In this document: positions 15,001 to 25,859 of the stretch, piece after piece
Position numbering within the stretch: the stretch's first letter is position 1
Layout: each line of letters starts with the position of its first letter
Assembly (NCBI GenBank): GCA_026770705.1
Contig: JANJGN010000021.1
Span: forward strand, 93,868,001-93,932,000
DNA length: 64,000 bases
Origin: Isurus oxyrinchus
Taxonomy: Eukaryota
Direction: 5' to 3'
Position numbers and translations under genes: made by a program
The notes under the pieces: generated by a model
Databases searched by the model: none
What the model saw: only the letters and a program-made list of their open reading frames with translations
Told to the model about the DNA's origin: nothing

Positions 15001-18000
15001 ACCGACTCTCAGCCCCCCCACTCACTCATCGACCCTCAGTCTCCCCCCGCACTCACCGACACTCAGTCCCCCTCTCACTCACCGACTCTCAGTCCCCGCC
15101 AAAGTCACCGACACTCAGTCCCCCCCCCACGCACCGACTCTCAGTCCCCCCTCACTCACCAACTCTCAGTCCCCCCTCACTCACCAACTCTCAGTCCCCC
15201 CTCACTCACCGACTCTCAGTCCCCCCCTCACTCACCAACCCTCAGTCCCCCCTCACTCACCGACTCTCAGTCCCCCCCCCCCCTTACTCACCGACTCTCC
15301 ATCCCCCCCTCACTCACACACTCTCGGTCCCACCCTCACTCACCAACTCCCGTTCCCCCCCTCACTCACAGAATCTCAGTTCCCCCCTCACTCACCGACT
15401 CTCATTCCCCCCCTCACTCACTGACCCTCAGTCCCCCCTTCACTCACCGACTCTCAGTCCCCCCCTCATTCGCCGACTCTCAGTCCCTCCCACACTCACC
15501 GTCCCTCATTCCCTCCCTCACTAACCGACCTTCAGTCCCCCCTCACTCACCGACTCTCCCTCCCCCCACACTCACCGACTCTCAGACCTCCTCTCACTCA
15601 CTGACTCTCAATCCCCCCCTCACTCACTGACTCCCAGTCCCCCCCCCCTCACTCACCGACTCTCAGTCCTCCTCTCACTCACTGACTCTCAATCCCCCCC
15701 TCACTCACTGACTCCCAGTCCCCCCCCTCACTCACCGACTCTCAGTCCTCCTCTCACTCACCGACTCTCAGTCCCCCCCTCACTCACCGACCTTCAGTTG
15801 ACCCTCACTCATCAAGTCTCCGTCCCCCCCGTCACTGACCGACCCTCAGTGCCCCCATCACTCACCGACTCTCAGTCCCCCCCCCACGCACCGACCCTCA
15901 GTCGCCCCTCACTCACCGACTCTCAGTCACCCCCTTGCACACCGACCATCAGCCCCCCTCTCACTCACCGACTCTCAGTCCCCCCCTCACTCACTGGCTC
16001 TCAGTCGCCCCCTCACTCACCGACTCTCAGTCCCCCCCTCACTCACCGACCCTCATTGCCCCCCTCAGTCACTGACTTCCAGTCCCCCCCTCACTCACTG
16101 ACTCTCGGTCCCCCCCTCACTCACCGAATCTCAGTCCACGCCCCCTCACTCACTGACCCTCAGTCCCCCCTCACTCACCGACTCTCCGTCCCCTCCTCAC
16201 TCACTGACCCTCAGTACCCCCCTCATTCACCGACTCTCAGCCCCCCCCCACTCACTCATCGACCCTCAGTCGCCCCACGTCGCTCACCGACTCTCAGTCC
16301 CCCCATCATTCGCCGACTCTCAGTCCTCCCCTCACTCACCGACTCTCAGTCCCCGCCTCAATCACCAACACTCAGTCCCCGCCTCAGTCACCGACACTCA
16401 GTCCCCCCTCACTCACCAACTCTCAGTCCGCCCTCACTCACCGACTCTCAGTCTCCCCCTCACTCACCGACTCTCAGTCCCCCCCTCACTCACTGACATT
16501 CATTGCCCCCCTCACTCACCGACTCCCAGTACCCCCCCCTTACTCACCGACTCTCGGTCCCCCCCCTCACTCACACACTCTCGGTCCCACCCTTACTTAC
16601 CAACTCACGTTCCCCCTCTCACTCACTGACTCTCGGTCCCCCCCCTCACTCACCGAATCTCAGTTCCACCACTCACTCTCCGACTCTCAGTCCTACCCTC
16701 ACTCACCGACTCTCAGTCCACGCCCCCTCACTCACTGACCCTCAATCCCCCCTCACTCACCGACTCTCCGTCCCCTCCTCACTCACTGACCCTCAGTACC
16801 CCCCTCATTCACCGACTCTCAGTCCCCCCCACTCACTCACCGACTCTCAGTCCGCCCCCGCACTCACCGACTCTCAGTCCCCCCTCACACACTGTCTCTC
16901 AGTCCCCCCCTCACTCACCGACATTCATTGCCCCCCTCACTCACCGACTCCCAGTCCCCCCCCCCCACCTTACTCACCGACTCTCGGTCCCCCCCTCACT
17001 CACACACTCTCGGTCCCACCCTCACTCACCAACTCCCGTTCCCCCCCTCACTCACAGAATCTCAGTTCGCCCCCTCACTCACCGACTCCCAGTCCCCCCC
17101 TCACTCACTGACCCTCAATCCCCCCTTCACTCATCGACTCTCAGTGCCCCCCTCACTCACCGACTCTCAGTCCCCCCCTCATTCGCCGACTCTCAGTCCC
17201 CCCCCTCACTCACCGTCCCTCATTCCCTCCCTCACTAACCGACCTTCAGTCCCCCCTCACTCACCGACTCTCCCTCCCCCCAGACTCACTGACTCTCAGA
17301 CCTCCTCTCACTCACCAACTCTCAATCCCCCCCTCACTCACTGACTCCCAGTCCCCCCTCCTCACTCACCGACTCTCAGTCCTCCTCTCACTCACCGACT
17401 CTCAATCCCCCCCTCACTCACCGACTCTCAGTCCCCCCCTCACTCACCGACTCTCTGTCCCCCCCTCACTCACCGACTCTCAGTCACCCCCTCACTCACC
17501 GACTCTCAGTCACCCCCTCACTCACCGACTCTCATTGCCCCCCTCACTCACCGACTCCCAGTCCCCCCCCCCCGCCTCACTCACCGACTCTCGCTCCCCA
17601 CCTCGCTCACACACTCTCGGTCCCACCCTCACTCACCAACTCTCATTCCCCCCTCACTCACTGACCCTCAGGCCCCCCTTCACTCACCGACTCTCAGTCC
17701 CCCCCTCACTCACCGACCTTCAGTTGACCCTCACTCATCAAGTCTCCGTCCCCCCGTCACTGACCGACCCTCAGTCCCCCCTTCACTCACTGACCCTCAG
17801 TCCCCCATTCACTCACCGACTCTCAGTCCCCCTCCCCACCTCGCTCACACACTCTCGGTCCCACCCTCACTCACCAACTCTCATTCCCCCCTCACTCACT
17901 GACCCTCAGGCCCCCCTTCACTCACCGACTCTCTGTCCCCCCCTCACTCACCGACTCTCAGTCACCCCCTCACTCACTGAATCTCAGTTCCACCACTCAC

Positions 18001-21000
18001 TCACCGACTCTCAGTCCACGCCCCTTCACACTGACCCTCAGTCCCCCCTCACTCACCGACTCTCCGTCCCCTCCTCACTCACTGACCCTCAGTACCCCCT
18101 CATTCACCGACTCTCAGCCCCCCCCACTCACTCATCGACCCTCAGTCGCCCCCCGTCGCTCACCGACTCTCAGTCCGCCCCCGCACTCACCGACCCTCAG
18201 TCCCCCCCCTCACTCACCGACTCTCATTGCCCCCCTTCACTCATCAACTCTCAGTCCCCTCTCACTCAGCGACTCTCAGTCCCCCCTCACTCACCGACTC
18301 TCAGTCCCCCACCTCACTCACCGACTCCCAGTCCCCCCCTCACTCACTGACTCCCAGTCCCCCCCTCACTCACCGACTCCCAGTCCCCCCCTCACTCACT
18401 GACCCTCAGTCCCCCCTTCACTCACCGACTCTCAGTGCCCCCCTCATTAACCGACGCTCAATCCCCCCGTCACTCACCGACTCTCAGTCCCCCCTCACAC
18501 ACCGACTCTCAGTCTCTCCCTCACTCACCGTCCTTCAGTCCCCCCTCACTCATCAATTCTCCGTCCCCCCGTCACTGACCGACCCTCAGTGCCCCCATCA
18601 CTCACCGACTCTCAGTCCCCCCCCACGCACCGACTCTCAGTCCCGCCTCATTCACCGTCTCTCTGCCCCCCCTCACTCACCGACTCTCAGTTCCCCCCCA
18701 CGCACCGACTCTCAATCGCCCCCTCGCACACCGACCCTCAGCCCCCCTCTCACTCACCGACTCTCAGTCCCCCCCTCACTCACCCACTCTCAGTCCCCCC
18801 CTCACTCACTGACCCTTAGTCCACCCTCATTCACCGACTCTCAGTCCCCCCCTCGCTCACCGACTCTCCGTCCCCTCCTCACGCACTGACATTCATTGCC
18901 CCCCTCACTCACCGACTCCTAGTACCCCCCCCCCTTACTCACCGACTCTCGGTCCCCCCCTCACTCACACACTCTCGGTCCCACCCTTACTCACCAACTC
19001 CCGTTCCCCCTCTCACTCACTGACTCTCGGTCCCCCCCTCACTCACCGAATCTCAGTTCCACCACTCACTCTCCGACTCTCAGTCCTACCCTCACTCACC
19101 GACTCTCAGTCCACGCCCCCTCACTCACTGACCCTCAGTCCCCCCTCACTCACCGACTCTCTGTCCCCTCCTCACTCACTGACCCTCAGTACCCCCTCAT
19201 TCACCGACTCTCAGTCCCCCCCACTCACTCACCGACTCTCAGTCCGCCCCCGCACTCACCGACTCTCAGTCCCCCCATCATTCGCCGACTCTCAGTCCTC
19301 CCCTCACTCACCAACTCTCAGTCCCCGCTTCAGTCACCGACACTCAGTCCCCCCCCACGCACCGACTCTCAGTCCCCCCTCACTCACCGACTCTCAGTCC
19401 CCCCTCACTCACCGACTCTCAGTCCTCCCCTCACTCACCGACTCTCAGTCCCCCCCTCACTCACCAACCCTCAGTCCCCCCTCACACACTGTCTCTCAGT
19501 CCCCCCCTCACTCACCGACATTCATTGCCCCCCTCACTCACCGACTCCCAGTCCCCCCCCCCCCCTTACTCACCGACTCTCGGTCCCCCCCTCACTCACA
19601 CACTCTCAGTCCCACCCTCACTCACCAACTCCCGTTCCCCCCCTCACTCACAGAATCTCAGTTCGCCCCCTCACTCACCGACTCTCATTCCCCCCCTCAC
19701 TCACTGACCCTCAATCCCCCCTTCACTCATCGACTCTCAGTGCCCCCCTCACTCACCGACTCTCAGTCCCCCCCTCATTCGCCGACTCTCAGTCCCTCCC
19801 TCACTCACCGTCCCTCATTCCCTCCCTCACTAACCGACCTTCAGTCCCCCCTCACTCACCGACTCTCAGTCCCCCCTCACTCACCGACTCTCAGTCACCC
19901 CCTCACTCACCGACTCTCTGTCCCCCCCTCACTCACCAACTCTCAGTCACCCCCTCACTCACCGACTCTCAGTCACCCCCTTACTCACCGACTCTCATTG
20001 CCCCCCTCACTCACCGACTCCCAGTACCCCCCCCCGCCTCACTCACCGACTCTCGGTCCCCCCCCTCGCTCACACACTCTCGGTCCCACCCTCACTCACC
20101 AACTCTCATTCCCCCCCTCACTCACTGACTCTCAGTCCCCCCCTCACTCACCGACATTCATTGCCCCCCTCACTCACCGACTCCCAGTCCCCCCCCCCCC
20201 TTACTCACCGACTCTCGGTCCCCCCCCCTCACTCACACACTCTCAGTCCCACCCTCACTCACCAACTCCCGTTCCCCCCCTCACTCACAGAATCTCAGTT
20301 CGCCCCCTCACTCACCGACTCTCATTCCCCCCCTCACTCACTGACCCTCAATCCCCCCCTCACTCACCCACTCTCAGTTCCCCCTCACTCACTGACCCTT
20401 AGTCCACCCTCATTCACCGACTCTCAGTCCCCCCCTCGCTCACCAACTCTCAGTCCACGCCCCCTCACTCACTGACCCTCAGTCCCCCCTCACTCACCGA
20501 CTCTCCGTCCCCTCCTCACTCACTGACTCTCAGACCTCCTCTCACTCACCAACTCTCAATCCCCCCCTCACTCACTGACTCCCAGTCCCCCCCTCACTCA
20601 CCGACTCTCAGTCCTCCTCTCACTCACCGACTCTCAATCCCCCCCTCACTCACCGACTCTCAGTCCCCCCCTCACTCACCGACTCTCAGTCCCCCCCTCA
20701 CTCACCGACTCTCTGTCCCCCCCTCACTCACCGACTCTCTGTCCCCCCCTCACTCACCGACTCTCAATCCCCCCCTCACTCACTGACTCTCAGTCCCCCC
20801 CTCACTCACCGACTCTCAGTCCCCCCTCACTCACCGACTCTCAGTCACCCCCTCACTCACCGACTCTCTGTCCCCCCCTCACTCACCAACTCTCAGTCAC
20901 CCCCTCACTCACCGACTCTCAGTCACCCCCTTACTCACCGACTCTCATTGCCCCCCTCACTCACCGACTCCCAGTACCCCCCCCCGCCTCACTCACCGAC

Positions 21001-23148
21001 TCTCGGTCCCCCCCTCGCTCACACACTCTCAGTCCCCCCCTCACTCACCGACCTTCAGTTGACCCTCACTCATCAAGTCTCCGTCCCCCCGTCACTGACC
21101 GACCCTCAGTGCCCCCATCACTCCGCGACTCTCAGTCCCCCCCACGCACCGACCCTCAGTCGCCCCTCACTCACCGACTCTCAGTCCCCCCCTCGCACAC
21201 CGACCCTCAGCCCCCCTCTCACTCACCGACTCTCAGTCCCCCCTTCACTCACTGGCTCTCAGTCCCCCCCTCACTCACCGACTCTCAGTCCCCCCCTCAC
21301 TCACCGACTCTCAGTCCCCCCCTCACTCACTGAATCTCAGTTCCACCACTCACTCTCCGACTCTCAGTCCTACCCTCACTCACCGACTCTCAGTCCCCCC
21401 CTCACTCACTGAATCTCAGTTCCACCACTCACTCTCCGACTCTCAGTCCTACCCTCACTCACCGACTCTCAGTCCCCCCCTCACTCACTGAATCTCAGTT
21501 CCACCACTCACTCACCGACTCTCAGTCCACGCCCCTTCACACTGACCCTCAGTCCCCCCTCACTCACCGACTCTCCGTCCCCTCCTCACTCACTGACCCT
21601 CAGTACCCCCTCATTCACCGACTCTCAGCCCCCCCCACTCACTCATCGACCCTCAGTCGCCCCACGTCGCTCACCGACTCTCAGTCCGCCCCCGCACTCA
21701 CCGACCCTCAGTCCCCCCCCTCACTCACCGACTCTCAGTCCCCCCATCATTCGCCGACTCTCAGTCCTCCCCTCACTCACCGACTCTCAGTCCCCGCCTC
21801 ACTCACCGACTCTCAGTCCCCGCCTCACTCACCGACTCTCAGTCCCCCCTCACTCACCGACTCTCAGTCTCCCCCTCACTCACCGACTCTCAGTCCTCCC
21901 CTCACTCACCGACTCTCAGTCCCCCCTCACTCACTGTCTCTCAGTCCCCCCCTCACTCACCGACATTCATTGCCCCCCTCACTCACCGACTCCCAGTCCC
22001 CCCCCCCCTTACTCACCGACTCTCGGTCCCCCCCTCACTCACACACTCTTGGTCCCACCCTCACTCACCAACTCCCGTTCCCCCCCTCACTCACAGAATC
22101 TCAGTTCGCCCCCTCACTCACCGACTCTCAGTCCCCCCTTCACTCACCGACTCTCAGTCCCCCCCTCATTCGCCGACTCTCAGTCCCTCCCTCACTCACC
22201 GTCCCTCATTTCCTCCCTCACTAACCAACCTTCAGTCCCCCCTCACTCACCGACTCTCCCTCCCCCCACACTCACCGACTCTCAGACCTCCTCTCACTCA
22301 CCAACTCTCAATCCCCCCCTCACTCACCGACTGTCAGTCCCCCCCTCACACACCAACTCTCTGTCCTCCTCTCACTCACAGACTCTCGGTCCCCCCCTCG
22401 CTCACACACTCTCGGTCCCACCCTCACTCACCGAATCTCAGTTCCCCCCCCTCACTCACCAACTCTCAGTCCCCCCCTCACTCACTGACCCTCAGTCCCC
22501 CCTTCACTCACCGACTCTCAGTCCCCCCCTCACTTACCGACGCTCAGACCCACCTCACCCACTGACTCTTAGACCCCCTCACTCACCGACTCTCGGTCCC
22601 CACCTCACTCACCCACACTCAGTACCCTCCCTCACTCACCGACTCTCAGTCCCACCCTCACTCACTGACCCTGAGTCCCCCCTCATTCACCCACTGACTC
22701 TTAGACCCCCTCACTCACCGACTCTCAGTCCCCCCCTCACTTACCGACTCGCAGTTAACTCCTCATTCACCGACTCTCAGTCCTCCCCACTCACTCACCG
22801 ACCCTCAGTCGCTTCCCCCTCGCTCACCGACTCTCAGTCGCCCCCCGTCGCTCACCGACTCTCAGTCCCCCCTCTCACTCACTGACTCTCAGTCCCCCCC
22901 TCACTCACTGACTCTCAGTCCCCCCCTCACTCACTGACTCTCAGTCCCCCCCCTCAGTCACCAACTCTCAGTCCCCCCTCACTCACTGACTCTCAGTCCC
23001 CCCCCCTCACTCACCGACTCTCAGTCCCCCCTCACTCACTGACTCTCAGTCCCCCCCCTCACTCACCAACTCTCAGTCCCCCCCTCACTCCCCGACTCTC
23101 AGTTCCCCCATCACTCACTGACTCTCAATTCCCTCCCACCGCACTCAC
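1..23148. repeat. Giant tandem array of a ~25-bp unit (plus: CTCACTCACCGACTCTCAGTCCCCCC; minus: GGGGGGACTGAGAGTCGGTGAGTGAG), ~900 copies, filling the intron after the MHC class I alpha-2 exon; runs off the left edge
   Basis: Unit visible continuously from base 1 to ~23150. C-run length varies, variant units recur, and strand composition is extremely C-rich/G-rich. Confidence 0.98.
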
Positions 23149-23421
23149 CAACTCACAGCACCTTCGGGCTCTATTCAAGATATGCCTTCAGCCTGTCAAT
23201 GCACTCCCCCTCTAGGTAAAACTACCGCTGCTGATTTTTCCAATCTCTGATGTGCTGCCCCCATCTGGTGCTCTCTCTCCATGGCACTGGTGTGAACAAC
23301 ACCAGCTGATCTTTGTCAAATGTCATGTCATCTTGCCCGTCCACTCCGAACTGTGAGACTCCATTCGTGGTGCTATCATCCCTCAGGTCACAGCTGGCTA
23401 TCAGCTGGAAGGAGTGGATCC
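23149..23421 (-). pseudogene. MHC class I alpha-2 exon (273 bp) with three in-frame stops
   Basis: Acceptor gattgacag|GG ATC; donor GTT G|gtgagt. Translation: GIHSFQLIASCDLRDDSTTNGVSQFGVDGQDDMTFDKDQLVLFTPVPWRESTRWGQHIRDWKNQQR*FYLEGECIDRLKAYLE*SPKVL*V. Both alpha-2 cysteines are kept. Stops at 23222-24, 23171-73 and 23153-55. Confidence 0.95.
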
Positions 23422-23538
23422 CTGTCAATCAAATGCACGCAACCAATCTGATCCAGTCGACTGAGAAACACCACCCATTATCCCACACCACCTCTTCAAA
23501 TATCACATTGGTAGCCAACGGTGTTAAAGGACTCCTGG

Positions 23539-23932
23539 GGGCATCCAGTGTGGAGGGGGGCCGAGAGGGAGGAGGACCTCCTCGTGAACCTGCTCCTGGC
23601 CAAGTTGGCCATTAACAGGTCGAGGCAGTGGGCGATCGAGGGTGTCGTCTGACCCGACTGTCTGCCCCTCTTCTGCAACTACATTCCCAGCCAGGTGTCC
23701 CTGGAGAGGGAACATGTGGTGTCTGCCAACACCGCCGAGGCCTTCCATGCCCAGTGGGCACCGCCAGGGCTGGGGTGCTTTATCAACTCCCTTAATCACA
23801 TTTTGATTTAAGGTTTGCAAGTTTCCTTTAAAGTTTGTCTTTGGTTTTGTAATTCCCTAATTTAGGGGCAGTCTTTGTTTTGTCCCTGATTTTGTTAATT
23901 TAGTTTATTTGGTTGACTCCGAAAAAAAAAGA
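23539..23932 (+). mobile_element. 5'-truncated Tx1/L1-group LINE 3' end in MHC intron 2
   Basis: Degenerate ORF2 C-terminus (..AKLAINRSRQ..DCLPLF..), T-rich 3' UTR and A-tail. 16-bp TSD: GTTAAAGGACTCCTGG (23523-38) / GTTAAATGACTCCTGG (23933-48). Confidence 0.8.
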
Positions 23933-24046
23933 GTTAAATGACTCCTGGATGTCAGCCTGTATATTTCAAAGGCCCCTTCAAACAAATTTGCATATTTAAT
24001 GGATCCAAGAACCCAATGTATACTTAAAGAACCGTCCGAACATCTA

Positions 24047-24402
24047 ATTCTTTCACGGGATGTGGACATCACTGGCAAGGCCAGCATTTGTTGCCCATCC
24101 CTAATTGCCCTTGAGCTGAGTGGTTTGCTAGGCCATGTCAGAGGGCAGTTAAGAGTCAGCCACATTGCTGTAGGTCTGGAGTCACGTGTAGGCCAGACTG
24201 GGTAAGGACATTAGTGAACCAGATGGGATTTTACAACAATCGATGATAGTTGTCTTGGTCACCACTACCGAAACTAGCTTTCAATTACAGATTTATTAAT
24301 TGAATTTAAATTCTACCAGCTGCTGTGGTGGGACTTGAACCCATGTCCCCAGAGCATTAGCCTGGGCCTGTGGATTGTTCGTCCAGCAACATTACCATCT
24401 CC
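24047..24402 (-). mobile_element. tRNA-derived SINE (SacSINE1/DeuSINE-like)
   Basis: B-box-like GGGTTCAAGTCCC on minus. Body shared with copies at 40507 and 51745. 3' tail (CAAGGGCAATTAGGGATGGGCAACAAATGCTGGCC) matches the local LINE tail. Confidence 0.8.
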
Positions 24403-24419
24403 GCAGTCAGTAGCATTGA

Positions 24420-24720
24420 GCCATTTAGGGCACTGAAGGAGAACTTTCGGCCCATCGAGTCCATGCTGGCTCTCTGTACTGCAACCCACCACCCCCCCAT
24501 TTCCTCCGCCATATCCCCTATGTCCTGCACGTTTATTTCTCTGAAGCGCCCATCCAGTTTTCTCTTGAGATTGTTGATCATCGCTGCTTCCAGCAGCCCA
24601 GTAGGCAGCGAATCCCAGGTCACGGGCTGCATGAAACAAACTTCTTCCTCACTTCTCTTGCTCAGAACCTTAAATCTGTGTCCTTGTCCTTGTACCATCA
24701 GCTAATATGAAGAGTTTCCC
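24420..24720 (-). mobile_element. CR1 LINE 3' fragment
   Basis: Degenerate CR1 ORF2 C-terminus (..GHRFKV..WDSLP..KRKLD..) plus 3' UTR. Confidence 0.7.
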
Positions 24721-24879
24721 TTGGTATTTAAAGGTCTGATATACAGTTGCTCCCCACAGCCTCCACCCCCCTGTCCTAGGAGATGAAGACACTTTCGCCC
24801 ATAATCCTGGATCTCAGATCCTATTCCCCTTCCGGCCTCTCTCAAAAGAGGACGAAAGATGGGGTGTGCGAGGACTCAG

Positions 24880-25143
24880 AATTTGACTAATTGGTCTGGG
24901 ACATGAGCTTCTGAACATGGAATTTGAAATGTTTCTCCTTCTCCCGTGCGAGCATCTTCTTCCTCTCCCAAAACACGGGCTCCTCGCTCTCCACCATCCA
25001 CTGTTCCTGAGGGACCAACTCCTTCCGATCGCTGTCGTACACAAAAAAAAACTGGACACCGTCCACATAACCAACAATCACAAACTCCGAGAGACCAGAG
25101 ACCAGTGTCATAACAGTGGCCAAATAACAGAGAGAATGGGAGC
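24880..25143 (-). pseudogene. MHC class I alpha-1 exon (264 bp) with a premature stop and a mutated donor
   Basis: Acceptor ctctctgtgttgcag|GC TCC CAT. Translation: GSHSLCYLATVMTLVSGLSEFVIVGYVDGVQFFFVYDSDRKELVPQEQWMVESEEPVFWERKKMLAREKEKHFKFHVQKLMSQTN*SN. TAG at 24887-89 falls where the N-Q-S sequon is expected. CTGAGT (24879-74) is at the expected GTGAGT position. Confidence 0.95.
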
Positions 25144-25859
25144 CTGCAACACAGAGAGACATCAGGACATGAATCCCAAAACACAACTCACCCCAACCCA
25201 AACCCTGAACCGTTCCCCCCCCACAGCCACCTACACACACACAAACACAAGACATGAACTCCAAAACAACAAACCAACACGCAGAGGGACAGAGGGAGAG
25301 AGAGAGAGAGAAAGGCATCAGGGACATGATCTCCAAATATCCACCGCAACAAAGAGCGAGATCCCCAATTCCCCCTTGCTCTCCCTCCCAACTCCACCAC
25401 AGACCTCCTGAAGTCTGTCCCCTCCCTCCCGATCCTCCACTGACCCCGATCAGGGACTTTGTGTCCCATTTGTTCTCCCTCCAGTCTCCCCTACCCCCTA
25501 TAATCCACACCCCACACCCCCAATCAAAACCAACCTCAACTTAGAACATGAGGCACTAACATGTTAAACATTCCATTATGATAAAGGCCCTATATAAATG
25601 CAAATTGTTGTTGTTGTTGTTGTTGTAAGTAACCTTTTCGACCTCCTCCTCCAGCTCCATCTATAGGACAGTGAGGTTCAAAACCCAAAACCCAGGACTC
25701 CTCTAACATTACTATTTGAGCACAAGCGTTTTGAACTTTGAGAGGTGGGAGAGCTCTCGATTTTAACCCCAGAGAGTTGTATATCCAAGTTTACCATCTA
25801 CACTAAGTCAGGTGGCATAGTAAATTGTGCAGACAGGGCCAACTTTTTTTCTACTTATT

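Noticed and set aside
563-22885. Dozens of long Pro/Ser/Thr/His-rich plus-strand ORFs (mucin/extensin-like, up to 602 aa)
   Set aside because: Artefacts of a stop-poor C-rich 25-bp repeat. They are open in all three frames with the same peptides, start at non-ATG codons, shift frame at C-runs and lie antisense to the MHC intron.
25144-25510. N-terminal part of ORF 24887-25510, including leader-like LALCCGG
   Set aside because: Read-through of intron 1 low-complexity sequence with no suitable ATG/donor pair. True leader exons were found at 37797 and 44929.
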